Source: a virus (Duplodnaviria > Heunggongvirae > Uroviricota > Caudoviricetes). Taken from it: a stretch of DNA of 64,000 nucleotides. Below, piece after piece: positions 9,401 to 18,670 of the stretch (position 1 is its first letter; the number at the start of each line of letters is the position of its first letter). Under the pieces are notes generated by a model. It saw nothing but the letters and a program-made list of their open reading frames with translations, was not told the origin of the DNA and searched no databases. Location of the stretch: positions 21,726 to 85,725 of the IMG/VR virus record IMGVR_UViG_3300035156_000038, one strand, 5' to 3'. Both the position numbers and the translations under genes were made by a program.

Positions 9401-12400
9401 AGCCCTAGACAAGCAGTTGGAGTTTGACGAAGCCCGTGCACAGTCGGCTTATAACACAGCTATGGCTAGTGCCAATGGCGATGCCAAGGCAATGTCTGAC
9501 GCGTGGATTACGCTAGAGGCTTTCAAGTCCAAGTCAGATAAGCTGCGTAGTGCTTTGGCTAAGAACTTTAAGATTGACTTTAAAGTGGCTGGCCTGAAAG
9601 ACGTTTCTAACGCGTTCAACCAATTGTCGAAGTCCGCTACGGCATTTGGAGACACGTTCGCACACGTGGGCCAAGCTCTTAGTGGGCTAGGCGAGGGTCT
9701 TGCCAACCTTGCAGATATTGAAAGCAAGGAAGGTATTAGCCGTCAAGAACGCACAGCACAGCAGATTGGTGCGTACGGCCAAATGGCCGGGGCAGCAGCA
9801 GGGTTCTTCCAAGAAGGATCGAAGGGTTACAAAACCTTGATGGGCGTGTCGAAAATCTTCCACGCAGCCGAAATGGCGATGACCATGTGGCGTCTGGGTA
9901 AGCTGGCTATCGAAGCAGTTATGACACAGGCTAAAGGCGATCCTTACACCGCATGGGGCCGTATGGCAGCGATGGCCGCTGTAGTTGGTGCACTTGGATT
10001 CGCGGTAGGTGGCGGATTCAATAAAGCCGGTGAAGGTGGCGGCATGAAGGCAGCAGACGTACAGAAGAAGCAAGGCACTGGCGGTGTGTTTGGTGACGCG
10101 GAAGCGAAGTCAGATAGCATTCGCAAGTCAATGGAACTGCTGAAAAGCAATTCGGAATTCATGATTCCTTTGACGCAGGCTATGGCTAACTCGCTGGCAA
10201 ACATTGAAGCGAGCATGACTGGACTTACAAACCTGATTGCACGCACGGATGGTATCACGGGCGGAACCAACATGGGAATCACCACAGGCACTATCGCCAC
10301 ATCGAAAGGTGCAGGGGTTCTTGGGGTAGGTTCGGGAGCGGCGCTGGGTATGTACCTAGGTGGCCCACTCGGAGCAGCCCTAGGGGCTGTAGCAGGCTTC
10401 GTAGCCTCTATGTGGGGGAAGACTAAAGCTGAGATTGTTGATGCGGGTATCTCGATTAAGGGTACAGGTTCGGCTCTGCAATCCGGTAATGGTTACAACC
10501 AATACGCGAGTGTGGATACAACCAAGTCTAGCTTCTTCGGCCTTAAGAAGAAGACAAGCAACAGTGTTCAAACCCAAGGTTTGAGCGATGAACTGTCGTC
10601 GCAATTCGCTCTTGTGTTTACGCAGTTGGAAGACACAATGAAGATTGCCGCTGGTACGCTTGGTAAGACTTCCGGTGACGTTTCGTCAGCAATTGATAAC
10701 CTAGTTATCGACGCTTCTGTTTCGTTGAAAGACCTGAAAGGGGATGCCCTTACCGATGCACTTAACGGTGTGTTGTCTAAGGCAATGGATCAGATGGCAG
10801 AGGCTGCATTCCCAGCAATGGGAGCGTTCCGCCAAGTCGGTGAAGGTTACGCACAAACGGTTATTCGTGTTGCTACCGGAATCGAACAAGCCAACGTAGC
10901 TTTGGACGCATTTGGTATTACTGCAATTGCGTTCACCGACATTACTACAAAGTCTGGGGATGTGGCAGCACAAATCTTCAAGCAAAGCGTAATGCTGCGT
11001 GAGGCTGGAACTGGCGTAGGAAACTTGATTGATACCCTAACAGGTTCGGTTGACGATCTTGCTAAAGCTTACCAGACTCTATTCGACATTCGTAAGACGA
11101 TGACGGAAATTGGCCTAGGCGGTGGACTGAATCAAGACACTATCAAAGGTGCTGGCGGGGCTGGAAAGCTTGGTAGCGCACTTGAAACGTTCTATTCAGA
11201 ATTCTTCTCTGAAGGTGAGCGCATCGCTATCGAAACAACGAAGTTGACCGGGCAATTCAAAGCTCTAGGTGTTGCTCTGCCTGAGTCACGGGATCAGCTA
11301 CGTTCGTGGATTGAAGCAGCGGCAAACGCTGGCGACCAAACTACGGTCGGTAAGCTACTAGCGTTGGCAGGCGGGTTTGATGAGTTGCTAGACTCTATCG
11401 AATCTGGCGGGGATAACGTGCTCAAGAACGCAGAAGACGCTTTCGATGCTGCAATGGACATCGCTGATAAAGCGTACGCCCAGTTGGAAAAAGTTGTTGA
11501 GAAAGAGAAGGACAGACTTAATAAAGTTATCGACGCAGCTAAAGAAACTATTAGCGGCCTAGCTGGCATTATGAGTTCTCTGGACGAAGCTATCAAGTCA
11601 ACTACCACTGTGTCGCAAGTCAAGACGTTCGCAGACTCTATGAGCCTCGTACGCGGTGCGCTTTCACAGGTTAATGGTGGAGCCAAGATGCAAGACATCA
11701 AGGGCTTGGAAGACGCGTTTACCGCTCTGGGATCGGATGACAATTCGGCCTACGCTTCAGCTTTCGAATACGAACGTGCACAGGCTTACGCTAACACGCT
11801 GCTGAACGATCTGAAGGTTGCTGGCGAAGGCCAGATGACCGAAGCGGAGAAGGCTCTTAAACTGGCCGAAAGCCAGCTAGAAGCCCTTGACGCCCAGCTT
11901 GAGTACGCACAGGCACAGCTTGACGCCTTGCGTGGTATCGACAATAGCGTGCTAACGTTGGCAGTAGCAATGGCTAACTTCAAGAGCGCCATTCCCGGTG
12001 CAGCAGGCGCAGCAGCAAATCTGGATGCAGTGAAGAACGGTGGGGGTGCTTCTGCCCAAATCGAATCGCTGTACAAGAGTTTGCTAGGGCGTGATTCAGA
12101 CGCAGCAGGCAAGGCGTACTGGATGAATGCATTGGGCAATGGCTTCTCTCTGTCGTCAATCGCCAGTATGATGATGGATGGTGACGAATACAAGTCGAAG
12201 CTACCTTCATTCGCAGTGGGTATTAACGATGTGCCAGAGGATATGCTAGCGAACCTGCACAAAGGTGAACGTGTTATGCCAGCGGCGGATAACGCAGAAC
12301 TAATGCGCAGACTAGATAGCGACTCCAGTGGAGATAATGGCGACGTAGTAGCAGCCATTAACGACCTGAAGGAAATTATCCGTACGGGTGACATTGCCAA

Positions 12401-12488
12401 CGTCCAAAAGACAGCGGAACTGTTCAAGTTGATTCGTGGATGGGATACAAACGGTATGCCGCAAGAGCGTGCTGAAGACGATGAGTAA
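6417..12488 (+). CDS. tail tape measure protein
   Basis: 2023 aa; long coiled-coil-rich regions plus central hydrophobic segments; follows chaperones; RBS AAGAGGACAAGCATG. Confidence 0.85.
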   Translation: MTTDISTLQVKVTSTGVTDTTKELNSLTKAATNAENAVKKLGTQVLSSNASMAASAGASIALTNAIVTLNTTLVSMGGHLGGNTQQIRNNTRAMRDAHDAARGLAGSLGALWVTYGNLAPMAAGLAIGASLKGIVSVGKDVEHALEAMRVKGGETVETADKLRESIFSIGQGIYGPREVAGALDALILAGLNAEDAIKGVKAALNLATAGGGSIEKAAESLVTIGTAVGASSKQYDYLADGIAKAANTSLASVESIAETMKRGSVVNKLYGASFEDILIQASALSQLGIKNSAAGTAITNFYADAMGKTEKAKKALADLKFSFFDATGAAKPLVAAMTEFDQALKKFSEKDQGKLIQDIFGERGLRDVVALQRGLINQAADDTTKYNNKLEELQANIQNMAGTSALAAAQLAMTTENQFKSVGNTLEVTFAKIFKELEPQMNVVAMKLKQAFASPEFAIAVTNIAKVFSSLAVAVAENIGPLFAAVEGLLAFKLIAMAVATATSVTTWLTSFGVGMGAISVAAGGATTAVTAFGVALRFAIAAIPVVGLLIGVVSAALAVYNIHSAQAKDNTNDIATAYNTNYLQALTEEAERLEKTNGLMREGATAAQANAAATRELALAKAQSNNQDAIDAARTRMTTADQNYTNLGPNGNPFARQKAAEAREAARTEMNGLIDSAAQFDMQARETANRVIAASEAQRQLYKDEQDRAKKDLAAQAGTQTRPEVDKEYNKRMNFYEGERGELERLMATYKARTEAVLEGAAAEMRVMAEVEKARVRANGAAKYPSQKAYEEQMALAVSVDRAKFEQQNANAIAEQRNKITAIIERERAYQKELAEGDQARVGLLEKQTASIFKFNHASEGALVIEKQRAAMADEILRIEEARKKLDSATGAISQRAASLMDEAMAIDFYGKSAKQSAVEAARLLVIKLGLDASNAGAQINALNLAAANEDLARSYNEVTKQLAVMGEEEALRNAVDVAGVIGAETAKVEAKRQALDKQLEFDEARAQSAYNTAMASANGDAKAMSDAWITLEAFKSKSDKLRSALAKNFKIDFKVAGLKDVSNAFNQLSKSATAFGDTFAHVGQALSGLGEGLANLADIESKEGISRQERTAQQIGAYGQMAGAAAGFFQEGSKGYKTLMGVSKIFHAAEMAMTMWRLGKLAIEAVMTQAKGDPYTAWGRMAAMAAVVGALGFAVGGGFNKAGEGGGMKAADVQKKQGTGGVFGDAEAKSDSIRKSMELLKSNSEFMIPLTQAMANSLANIEASMTGLTNLIARTDGITGGTNMGITTGTIATSKGAGVLGVGSGAALGMYLGGPLGAALGAVAGFVASMWGKTKAEIVDAGISIKGTGSALQSGNGYNQYASVDTTKSSFFGLKKKTSNSVQTQGLSDELSSQFALVFTQLEDTMKIAAGTLGKTSGDVSSAIDNLVIDASVSLKDLKGDALTDALNGVLSKAMDQMAEAAFPAMGAFRQVGEGYAQTVIRVATGIEQANVALDAFGITAIAFTDITTKSGDVAAQIFKQSVMLREAGTGVGNLIDTLTGSVDDLAKAYQTLFDIRKTMTEIGLGGGLNQDTIKGAGGAGKLGSALETFYSEFFSEGERIAIETTKLTGQFKALGVALPESRDQLRSWIEAAANAGDQTTVGKLLALAGGFDELLDSIESGGDNVLKNAEDAFDAAMDIADKAYAQLEKVVEKEKDRLNKVIDAAKETISGLAGIMSSLDEAIKSTTTVSQVKTFADSMSLVRGALSQVNGGAKMQDIKGLEDAFTALGSDDNSAYASAFEYERAQAYANTLLNDLKVAGEGQMTEAEKALKLAESQLEALDAQLEYAQAQLDALRGIDNSVLTLAVAMANFKSAIPGAAGAAANLDAVKNGGGASAQIESLYKSLLGRDSDAAGKAYWMNALGNGFSLSSIASMMMDGDEYKSKLPSFAVGINDVPEDMLANLHKGERVMPAADNAELMRRLDSDSSGDNGDVVAAINDLKEIIRTGDIANVQKTAELFKLIRGWDTNGMPQERAEDDE

Positions 12489-12493
12489 TTAAC

Positions 12494-12527
12494 AGGGGCG
12501 TGCCGAAAGGTGCGCCCTTTTTCTTTA
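12494..12527 (+). terminator. rho-independent terminator
   Basis: GGGGCGTGC-CGAAAGG-TGCGCCC followed by TTTTTCTTT. Confidence 0.65.
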
Positions 12528-12548
12528 CTACTTAGCTAACTTCTTAGC

Positions 12549-12577
12549 TTGACAGCTACCTACATCCGTGGTAGAAT
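12549..12577 (+). promoter_or_regulatory. sigma70-type promoter
   Basis: TTGACA - 17 nt - TAGAAT. Confidence 0.65.
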
Positions 12578-12623
12578 GCTGACTATGACGCGCAGCGTCT
12601 AGAGATATATAAAGGGCAATAAA

Positions 12624-13781
12624 ATGAAAATTATCAGACCCGTGCAAATCGGGTTGCAATCGTCTAGCATCCCCGAGAACGATTACGCTGCGTGGAACTC
12701 TGCCACAGCTTATGTGCAGGGCGACCGTGTTCTGGACGCAGTTAACCACAAGATTTACGAGTCAATTACAGGGCTAAGGAATGCAGCCGCAATTACAATT
12801 GGCACTACTTTTTGGACGATGGTTGACGCAGACCAAAACCCAATTATTCCAGCGGTAGGAACCCCAGTTAAGTTTACAACTACAGGGGCGCTACCTACCG
12901 GGTTTGTAGCAGGGACGGTGTACTACGTAGCTGCGACAACGCCGACAACGTTCACACTCTCAGCAACGGTCGGCGGTGCTGCAATCAGTGCCTCTGGGAG
13001 TCAAAGTGGAGTACACGCGCTGACTACTCAGGTAAATATTAATAAGCCGCTTAGCAACAAGCTTAACTGGCTAGACGCCGGATCAAGCAACAGGTGGAAG
13101 CCTTTTGATAGCTCTGTGCAGTCACAGGCAACGGCTACTACGCAAATGACGTTCACCGTCACAGCTTCAGCTTATGTGGACACAGTTGTTCTGCTAAACG
13201 TAAAAGCCACAAAAGCTACGGTTTCAATGTCGCAAGGTTCTAATGGTGTTGTATTTAACAAAGTTATTCCTTTGTCAGAAAACGATGGCGTTGTAGCAAC
13301 TTGGCTTGATTACTTCTTTGCCGGGTTCAGGACAAAGAAAGACCTTCTAATTGAAGGCTTGCCATTGTATCGCAATACAACTATCACAGTGACACTAGAT
13401 AACGCGGTGGGGCAGCAAGTGGCGTTGGGTGCTTCCATCTTCGGCTTTTCTAAGGACATTTCTTCTGAGAAGAAGGGTGCAGAACACGGTGCTAAAGTCG
13501 GCATCCAAGCTTATGATGTTAAGAAGCGGGATGACTTTGGTAACTACACAATTGTCCCACGAGCTTTCGCAAAACGTGCGGACTTCACGGTGCACATTAG
13601 AAGCGACGAAGTGGACAGCATCCAAGACTTGCTAGCTGAAATTCGCTCAACTCCAATCGTCTATGTCGGCTCCGGTAAGTACGCAGCTACGATGGTTTAT
13701 GGGTATTACAAATCCTTCGATATTGATATTGCGTATTACGACTACAGTGTATGCTCGATTCAACTTGAAGGTCTAACATAA
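12624..13781 (+). CDS. tail tip / distal tail protein (Thr/Ala-rich beta protein)
   Basis: 385 aa; own promoter and RBS AAAGGGCAATAAAATG just after the tape-measure terminator. Confidence 0.35.
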   Translation: MKIIRPVQIGLQSSSIPENDYAAWNSATAYVQGDRVLDAVNHKIYESITGLRNAAAITIGTTFWTMVDADQNPIIPAVGTPVKFTTTGALPTGFVAGTVYYVAATTPTTFTLSATVGGAAISASGSQSGVHALTTQVNINKPLSNKLNWLDAGSSNRWKPFDSSVQSQATATTQMTFTVTASAYVDTVVLLNVKATKATVSMSQGSNGVVFNKVIPLSENDGVVATWLDYFFAGFRTKKDLLIEGLPLYRNTTITVTLDNAVGQQVALGASIFGFSKDISSEKKGAEHGAKVGIQAYDVKKRDDFGNYTIVPRAFAKRADFTVHIRSDEVDSIQDLLAEIRSTPIVYVGSGKYAATMVYGYYKSFDIDIAYYDYSVCSIQLEGLT

Positions 13782-13793
13782 CAGGAAATAGAT

Positions 13794-14468
13794 ATGCCAA
13801 TTTCACAAGTAACGGCACTACCGTCTGCGCCACAAAGGACTGACCCGGATACCTTTAGTACAAAGGCCGATGCTCTTATGTCGGCGCTCCCGCCCTTGGT
13901 GACGGAGGTAAATGCAGTCGTAGTGGGAATGAATGACGGGCTAGCACAACTAGCTAACGCCAATATCCAGACAGCGGCGGCAACCGCAGCAGCGAATACA
14001 GCACAAGCTACGGCGGGTGCAACAGCTTGGCTAGCTGCTACAAACTACGCTAAGAACCAATGCGCCATCAGTCAGATTAACTTCCAGACTTATCGCCGCA
14101 GGGTGGCCGGGACTACGGCTACCGACCCGATGAATGATTCTACTAACTGGGCCTTGCTCGTTGGGCAGGGTTCGTTTATTCCAGTGGCGCAGGCTTCAGC
14201 TACCTTCGACCTGTCAACAGGGAATTATTTTAAGCGCACCATTAGTGGAAGCGAAACGTGGGTATTCAATAACATCCCGCAAGACGGCTTTAGCTGGACA
14301 GTTGAAGCAGAATTGGTGGCTGGTGCACTCACCCTACCTTCTTCGGTAAAGACTCCGGGCAATCAAGTTTATACGATGTCAACAGGTAAGTCACACTTGC
14401 TAATGTTCGTTACCAGTAACAAGGGTACTCGCATTCGCATGGTAGTGGCTCCCAATTACGATACGTAA
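13794..14468 (+). CDS. minor tail protein
   Basis: 224 aa; RBS CAGGAAATAGATATG; tail module synteny. Confidence 0.3.
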   Translation: MPISQVTALPSAPQRTDPDTFSTKADALMSALPPLVTEVNAVVVGMNDGLAQLANANIQTAAATAAANTAQATAGATAWLAATNYAKNQCAISQINFQTYRRRVAGTTATDPMNDSTNWALLVGQGSFIPVAQASATFDLSTGNYFKRTISGSETWVFNNIPQDGFSWTVEAELVAGALTLPSSVKTPGNQVYTMSTGKSHLLMFVTSNKGTRIRMVVAPNYDT

Positions 14469-14476
14469 GGGTAATC

Positions 14477-15382
14477 ATGGATGATACAACATTCCGTATG
14501 GCGATGGCTTCCGCAGTCTCGCCTACAGGGCAAGAAGCAAGAACGACGCCCGGTACTTATAGCTTCACAGTTCCGGCAGGCGTAACGACGATTAGTGCTG
14601 TCTGCGTAGGTGGCGGTGCAGCAGGCGGCGCGTTCGGCCAGAATCAAAACGGTCGGGGTGGCGGCGGCGGTGCCCTTCGTTGGATCGCAGGATTGCCTGT
14701 GACGCCGGGGGAAACTCTTACACTTGAAGTGGGGGCAGGCGGAACTGGCCGGGTAGGAGACAATACAACAGGGGATAACGGCGGTAATCCGGGCGGTCAC
14801 ACTTTTCTAAAACGTGGTGCCAGTATTTTGCTGGCGGCATACGGGGGAACCCACGTAGCTGGTGGTCTAGGCACAAACGTAGGTGCTGGCCCATTCGGCG
14901 GCACTGTGGGCGGCGGCAATGGTGGAAATGGCGGCGATAACGGTGGCCCTAGCAACCTAGCGGGTGGCGGTGGTGGTGCAGGTGCTGGCGGCTATTCAGG
15001 TGACGGCGGGCAAGGTGAGTCTCCCAACACAGGGAAAGTAGCCACGGCAGGGTCAGGCGGGGGTGGCGGTGGTGGGCAAACTAGCACAAACTCCGTACAC
15101 GCAGGCGGTGGCGGCGGTGGAGTAGGAGTCTTCGGACAAGGCGGCAACGGTATCGCAGCAACAGCAGACGGTTTTGGTGGGGGTGGTGGATCGCTAGGGC
15201 AGGATGCGGCAGGCAAGTCGGCAGAACCTAACTCTGAAGGTGGGGCAGGCGGCGCAGCGGGTGGCGGCGGCGGTGGAGCCGGATACACCTTTGCAAAAGG
15301 TGGTAGTGGTGGTCATGGTGCAATCCGCATCATCTGGGGTGCTGGCCGAGCTTATCCATCTACCCGCACAGGTAATGAATAA
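14477..15382 (+). CDS. glycine-rich tail fibre protein
   Basis: 301 aa with long poly-Gly tracts (GGGGGxG repeats); typical of phage tail fibres. Confidence 0.45.
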   Translation: MDDTTFRMAMASAVSPTGQEARTTPGTYSFTVPAGVTTISAVCVGGGAAGGAFGQNQNGRGGGGGALRWIAGLPVTPGETLTLEVGAGGTGRVGDNTTGDNGGNPGGHTFLKRGASILLAAYGGTHVAGGLGTNVGAGPFGGTVGGGNGGNGGDNGGPSNLAGGGGGAGAGGYSGDGGQGESPNTGKVATAGSGGGGGGGQTSTNSVHAGGGGGGVGVFGQGGNGIAATADGFGGGGGSLGQDAAGKSAEPNSEGGAGGAAGGGGGGAGYTFAKGGSGGHGAIRIIWGAGRAYPSTRTGNE

Positions 15383-15396
15383 TAAAGGAGGTAGTA

Positions 15397-15900
15397 ATGT
15401 ACTACAAACCAGAAACAAACCAAACGTTCAAAACCCATAGTGATGTTCGCAGTGGGCTACGAAACGTTATCTTCTCAGATGTTATCACAGACGAAGACCT
15501 AGCGTACAACAACGTGTTCCCGCTTGCGTATGATAAGCCTATTGTTGATGCTGGCAAAGTGGCAGTACCACTTACCGTGGAAAACATCGACGGCGAATGG
15601 ACTCAGCTTTGGGACGTACGTGATATGACGGAAGCCGAAGTAGAAGCGGCTAAGCCAGAAGTGCCAGCTTCGGTAACACGCAGGCAAGCACGACAAGCTT
15701 TGTTCCTACGTGGCTTGCTAGACCAGATTCCAGTCAAGCTAGCAGCACTGCCGGATGGTCAGAAGCAAATGGCCCAGATTGAATGGGAAGACTCGCTAGA
15801 GTTTAAGCGAGATAGGCCGCTGGTAATCCAAATCGGATTGGCTTTGGGCCTTAACTCTGCTGGATTGGATGAACTGTTCATCTTCGCAGCAACGCTGTAA
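15397..15900 (+). CDS. hypothetical tail-associated protein
   Basis: 167 aa; RBS AAAGGAGGTAGTAATG. Confidence 0.35.
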   Translation: MYYKPETNQTFKTHSDVRSGLRNVIFSDVITDEDLAYNNVFPLAYDKPIVDAGKVAVPLTVENIDGEWTQLWDVRDMTEAEVEAAKPEVPASVTRRQARQALFLRGLLDQIPVKLAALPDGQKQMAQIEWEDSLEFKRDRPLVIQIGLALGLNSAGLDELFIFAATL

Positions 15901-15920
15901 TAATAAGAAGGAATAATAGC

Positions 15921-16373
15921 ATGGGACAAATTACCGTCATCTACACAAAGCGTAATTGGAACCCGGTTAGTTTTCTAATCCGGTTCTGCATTCCGCGTAG
16001 TCGGTTTGCAATGGCCCTGTCATCGCATTGCCTGATTCTTGACGGTGACTATCTCATTGAAGCTAGCATGACGAAAGGTACGCGACGTGTGCCTTTCGCA
16101 GAAGCTATGAAAGGTCTTACGGAAGTGGCCCGTGTGTCCTACGAAGTTCTTGACTCGGAAGCCGGGTTGGAGTGGGCTAGGACGCAGGTTGGCTCCAAGT
16201 ACGATTTTAAAGGCGCATTCGGCCTTGCCCTATCTCCGTACCGTGATTGGTCGGAAGAAGGATCGTGGTTCTGTTACGAACTGGCAGCAGCAACACTGGC
16301 AAAGGCCGGGAAAGACTGCTTCCGTGTTACAGGGCATATTACAGAGAACGTACTACTGGCAATTAAGCCATGA
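15921..16373 (+). CDS. hypothetical protein (possible Cys/His peptidase-like)
   Basis: 150 aa; RBS AAGAAGGAATAATAGCATG; conserved Cys/His residues noted but no confident family call. Confidence 0.3.
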   Translation: MGQITVIYTKRNWNPVSFLIRFCIPRSRFAMALSSHCLILDGDYLIEASMTKGTRRVPFAEAMKGLTEVARVSYEVLDSEAGLEWARTQVGSKYDFKGAFGLALSPYRDWSEEGSWFCYELAAATLAKAGKDCFRVTGHITENVLLAIKP

Positions 16374-16681
16374 CAATAAAGGAAACAAACTTGGACTCTC
16401 CTAACATTCTGAACTACGCATTTGGCCTAGTTCAAGCACTCGGCGGGGCTTGGTGCTGGCACTTGTACAACCGCCAAGGGAAGGCGGAAGACACTGTGAC
16501 ACAACTTACTAAAGAACTGGCTGACCATAAGCTTCATACTTCGGAGACTTACATGACTAAGACCGAAATGACACGTGCGTTCGATGCCATTCACCGTTCA
16601 TTGGAATCCCTTAACACATCAATGACACAGCGATTCGACAAGGTGGATGAAAAGCTCGACCGTAAGGCAGATAAAACATGA
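16370..16681 (+). CDS. membrane-anchored coiled-coil protein (spanin-/holin-like)
   Basis: 103 aa; one N-terminal TM helix then a charged coiled coil; next to the lysis genes. Confidence 0.3.
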   Translation: MTIKETNLDSPNILNYAFGLVQALGGAWCWHLYNRQGKAEDTVTQLTKELADHKLHTSETYMTKTEMTRAFDAIHRSLESLNTSMTQRFDKVDEKLDRKADKT

Positions 16682-17202
16682 TCGAAGCGGAGTTGAGGTT
16701 AGCTATCGAAACTGCCTTGTCAGCGCAAGTAGCAGCTTCAACGTCGCTATATTCGCCTGTAATTAACTCCCGTGAATACCCATGCGACGTTGCGGGTTGT
16801 ACGCGGCAAGGTTACTCAGGGGGTTATTGCAACGCCCACTATATTAGGATGCGCAAGGGTGCAGATATGTCTGTGCCACTACGCGCTAGGAAGCGTGACG
16901 ACTTGTGCGCTGAGTGTGGGGAAGCTACAGGCGCTAAAGGCGGCTGGGGGCTATGTTCTAAGCACTACAAGCGGAAGCGCATCAACATTATTAAGTCGGC
17001 CCTTGTGGGCGCTATGGGCGGGAAATGCCTGAAGTGTAATGGGGTGTATCCCAACAAGGTTTTTGACTTCCACCACGTAGAGGCGAAGGACGACTCCGCT
17101 TCGTACTTAATTAGCACAGCGTCACCTAGACGGATTGCAGCAGAGGTTTCAAAATGCGTCCTGTTGTGTGCGAACTGTCACCGAATGGAACATTTTGAAT
17201 GA
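16678..17202 (+). CDS. HNH endonuclease
   Basis: Multiple CxxC pairs and HNH signature (…HHV…, CANCHRMEH) in 174 aa. Confidence 0.6.
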   Translation: MIEAELRLAIETALSAQVAASTSLYSPVINSREYPCDVAGCTRQGYSGGYCNAHYIRMRKGADMSVPLRARKRDDLCAECGEATGAKGGWGLCSKHYKRKRINIIKSALVGAMGGKCLKCNGVYPNKVFDFHHVEAKDDSASYLISTASPRRIAAEVSKCVLLCANCHRMEHFE

Positions 17203-17747
17203 CTATTGAAAAAGTAGTAGACGAGATTATTGCCGCCGAAGGCGGCTACGTAAACGATGCCTCAGACCTCGGAGGCCCTACCCGCTACGGTATTACCCAA
17301 GTAGTAGCCAGAGCCAACGGCTACTACGGAGAAATGCGCGATCTTCCGCTTAGCGTGGCACGCCAGATTTACAAGAACAAGTATTGGTTCGAACCGAAGT
17401 TTGACCAGCTTGAAGTATTATCCCCGGCTGTAGCAGCGGAGCTATGTGACACGGGCGTTAATTGTGGTGTGAACTTCGCCAAGCCACTTATTCAGGAAGC
17501 CCTGAACCTGCTTAACCGCGACCAGAAAGACTACGCAGACATCAAAGTAGATGGAGCCATTGGGAAGAACACCCTAGGCGCTCTGGCTAGCTTCCTCGGC
17601 AAGCGTGGTAAGGAAGGTGAAGCAGTCTTGGTCAAGACTCTCAACATCATGCAGGGTGCACGGTATATCGAAATTACAAAGACACGGCCAGCCAACGAAA
17701 ACTTCTTCTACGGATGGGTAAAGAACCGCGTCACACTAAAGGATTAA
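17199..17747 (+). CDS. endolysin, GH108 lysozyme-like N-domain + peptidoglycan-binding domain
   Basis: N-terminus EGGYVNDASDLGGPTRYGIT matches the GH108 signature (EGGYxNDPxDxGGxTxYGIT). Confidence 0.75.
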   Translation: MTIEKVVDEIIAAEGGYVNDASDLGGPTRYGITQVVARANGYYGEMRDLPLSVARQIYKNKYWFEPKFDQLEVLSPAVAAELCDTGVNCGVNFAKPLIQEALNLLNRDQKDYADIKVDGAIGKNTLGALASFLGKRGKEGEAVLVKTLNIMQGARYIEITKTRPANENFFYGWVKNRVTLKD

Positions 17748-17749
17748 AC

Positions 17750-18277
17750 ATGGACTGGAAAGCAGTAGTTGGAACGGTAGCCCCTTGGATTGCTACGGCC
17801 CTAGGGGGGCCTCTAGGCGGTGCAGCGGTGTCGGCAGTAGCAGACGCCCTTGGACTCTCAGAACGCACTGAAGGGGCCATTAAAGCCGCCCTGGCGGGTG
17901 TCACACCCGAACAGATGCTAGCAATGAAGACAGCGGATCAAGCGTTCGCGTTGGAAATGCAGAAGTTGGGATTTGATAACCTGAAAGCAATGGAACTGAT
18001 TGCTTCGGAAGATCGGGACTCAGCGCGTAAGCGTGAAATGGAAGTGAAGGACAACACACCAAAGATTCTAGCCTATGCGATTACACTGGGCTTCTTCGGA
18101 GTGCTTGTCTTTATGATGCTGGCAGAAGTGCCGCAAGGAAGCCGCGATGTGTTGAACATCATGCTAGGTAGCCTAGCAACGGCATGGATTTCGATTACTG
18201 GATACTACTTCGGTAGCACTTCCGGGTCGGCCCAGAAGACGGCACTACTGGCGAAAGCCCCAGCTATCAAAGAATAA
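17750..18277 (+). CDS. membrane protein, putative holin
   Basis: Start moved to MDWKAVVG (RBS AAGGATTAAACATG). Two hydrophobic helices flank an amphipathic segment; directly downstream of the endolysin. Confidence 0.4.
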   Translation: MDWKAVVGTVAPWIATALGGPLGGAAVSAVADALGLSERTEGAIKAALAGVTPEQMLAMKTADQAFALEMQKLGFDNLKAMELIASEDRDSARKREMEVKDNTPKILAYAITLGFFGVLVFMMLAEVPQGSRDVLNIMLGSLATAWISITGYYFGSTSGSAQKTALLAKAPAIKE

Positions 18278-18300
18278 ATTATTGTCGTGGTAGGCAATTT

Positions 18301-18340
18301 GCCCCGGATTCTTCCTAACGGAAGGCCGGGGCTTTTTTCA
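18301..18340 (+). terminator. rho-independent terminator ending the rightward late operon
   Basis: GCCCCGG…(inner hairpin CTTCC-TAACG-GAAGG)…CCGGGGC followed by TTTTTTC. Confidence 0.7.
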
Positions 18341-18470
18341 TTTCCGCATACCGTGAAGGATGTCTTCGATGATAAGCACGATGAAGATGATAAGCATTAG
18401 CAGTCAGACATCATAGCGATAAGCACTAGCAGCAGCATACCACACAGCATACCTACAATGAAGGTGAGCA

Positions 18471-18668
18471 TTATTCCGCCTTCTTTGCAGCACGCTTCGG
18501 CTTTGGGGTAATGCTAGCCACGCCCGGTGGAAGTTCGTCTACCTCAACGCCTTCCTCCTGTGCTTCGATTGCCGACTTGAACAGGAAGTTAATCACTTCC
18601 ACGCTAAGCATGTTCGGCCCGTACAGTTCGTATGTGGCTTTCGCTTCCAACAGTTCTTGCAGCTTCAT
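18471..18668 (-). CDS. hypothetical protein
   Basis: 65 aa acidic protein; last gene of the leftward region. Confidence 0.35.
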   Translation of the reverse strand: MKLQELLEAKATYELYGPNMLSVEVINFLFKSAIEAQEEGVEVDELPPGVASITPKPKRAAKKAE

Positions 18669-18670
18669 GA

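Noticed and set aside
14477-15382. Highly repetitive GGTGGCGGCGG tracts resembling short tandem repeats, checked as a possible CRISPR-like array
   Set aside because: Repeats are irregular, in frame within a single Gly-rich ORF with RBS and tail-module context. No repeat-spacer periodicity.
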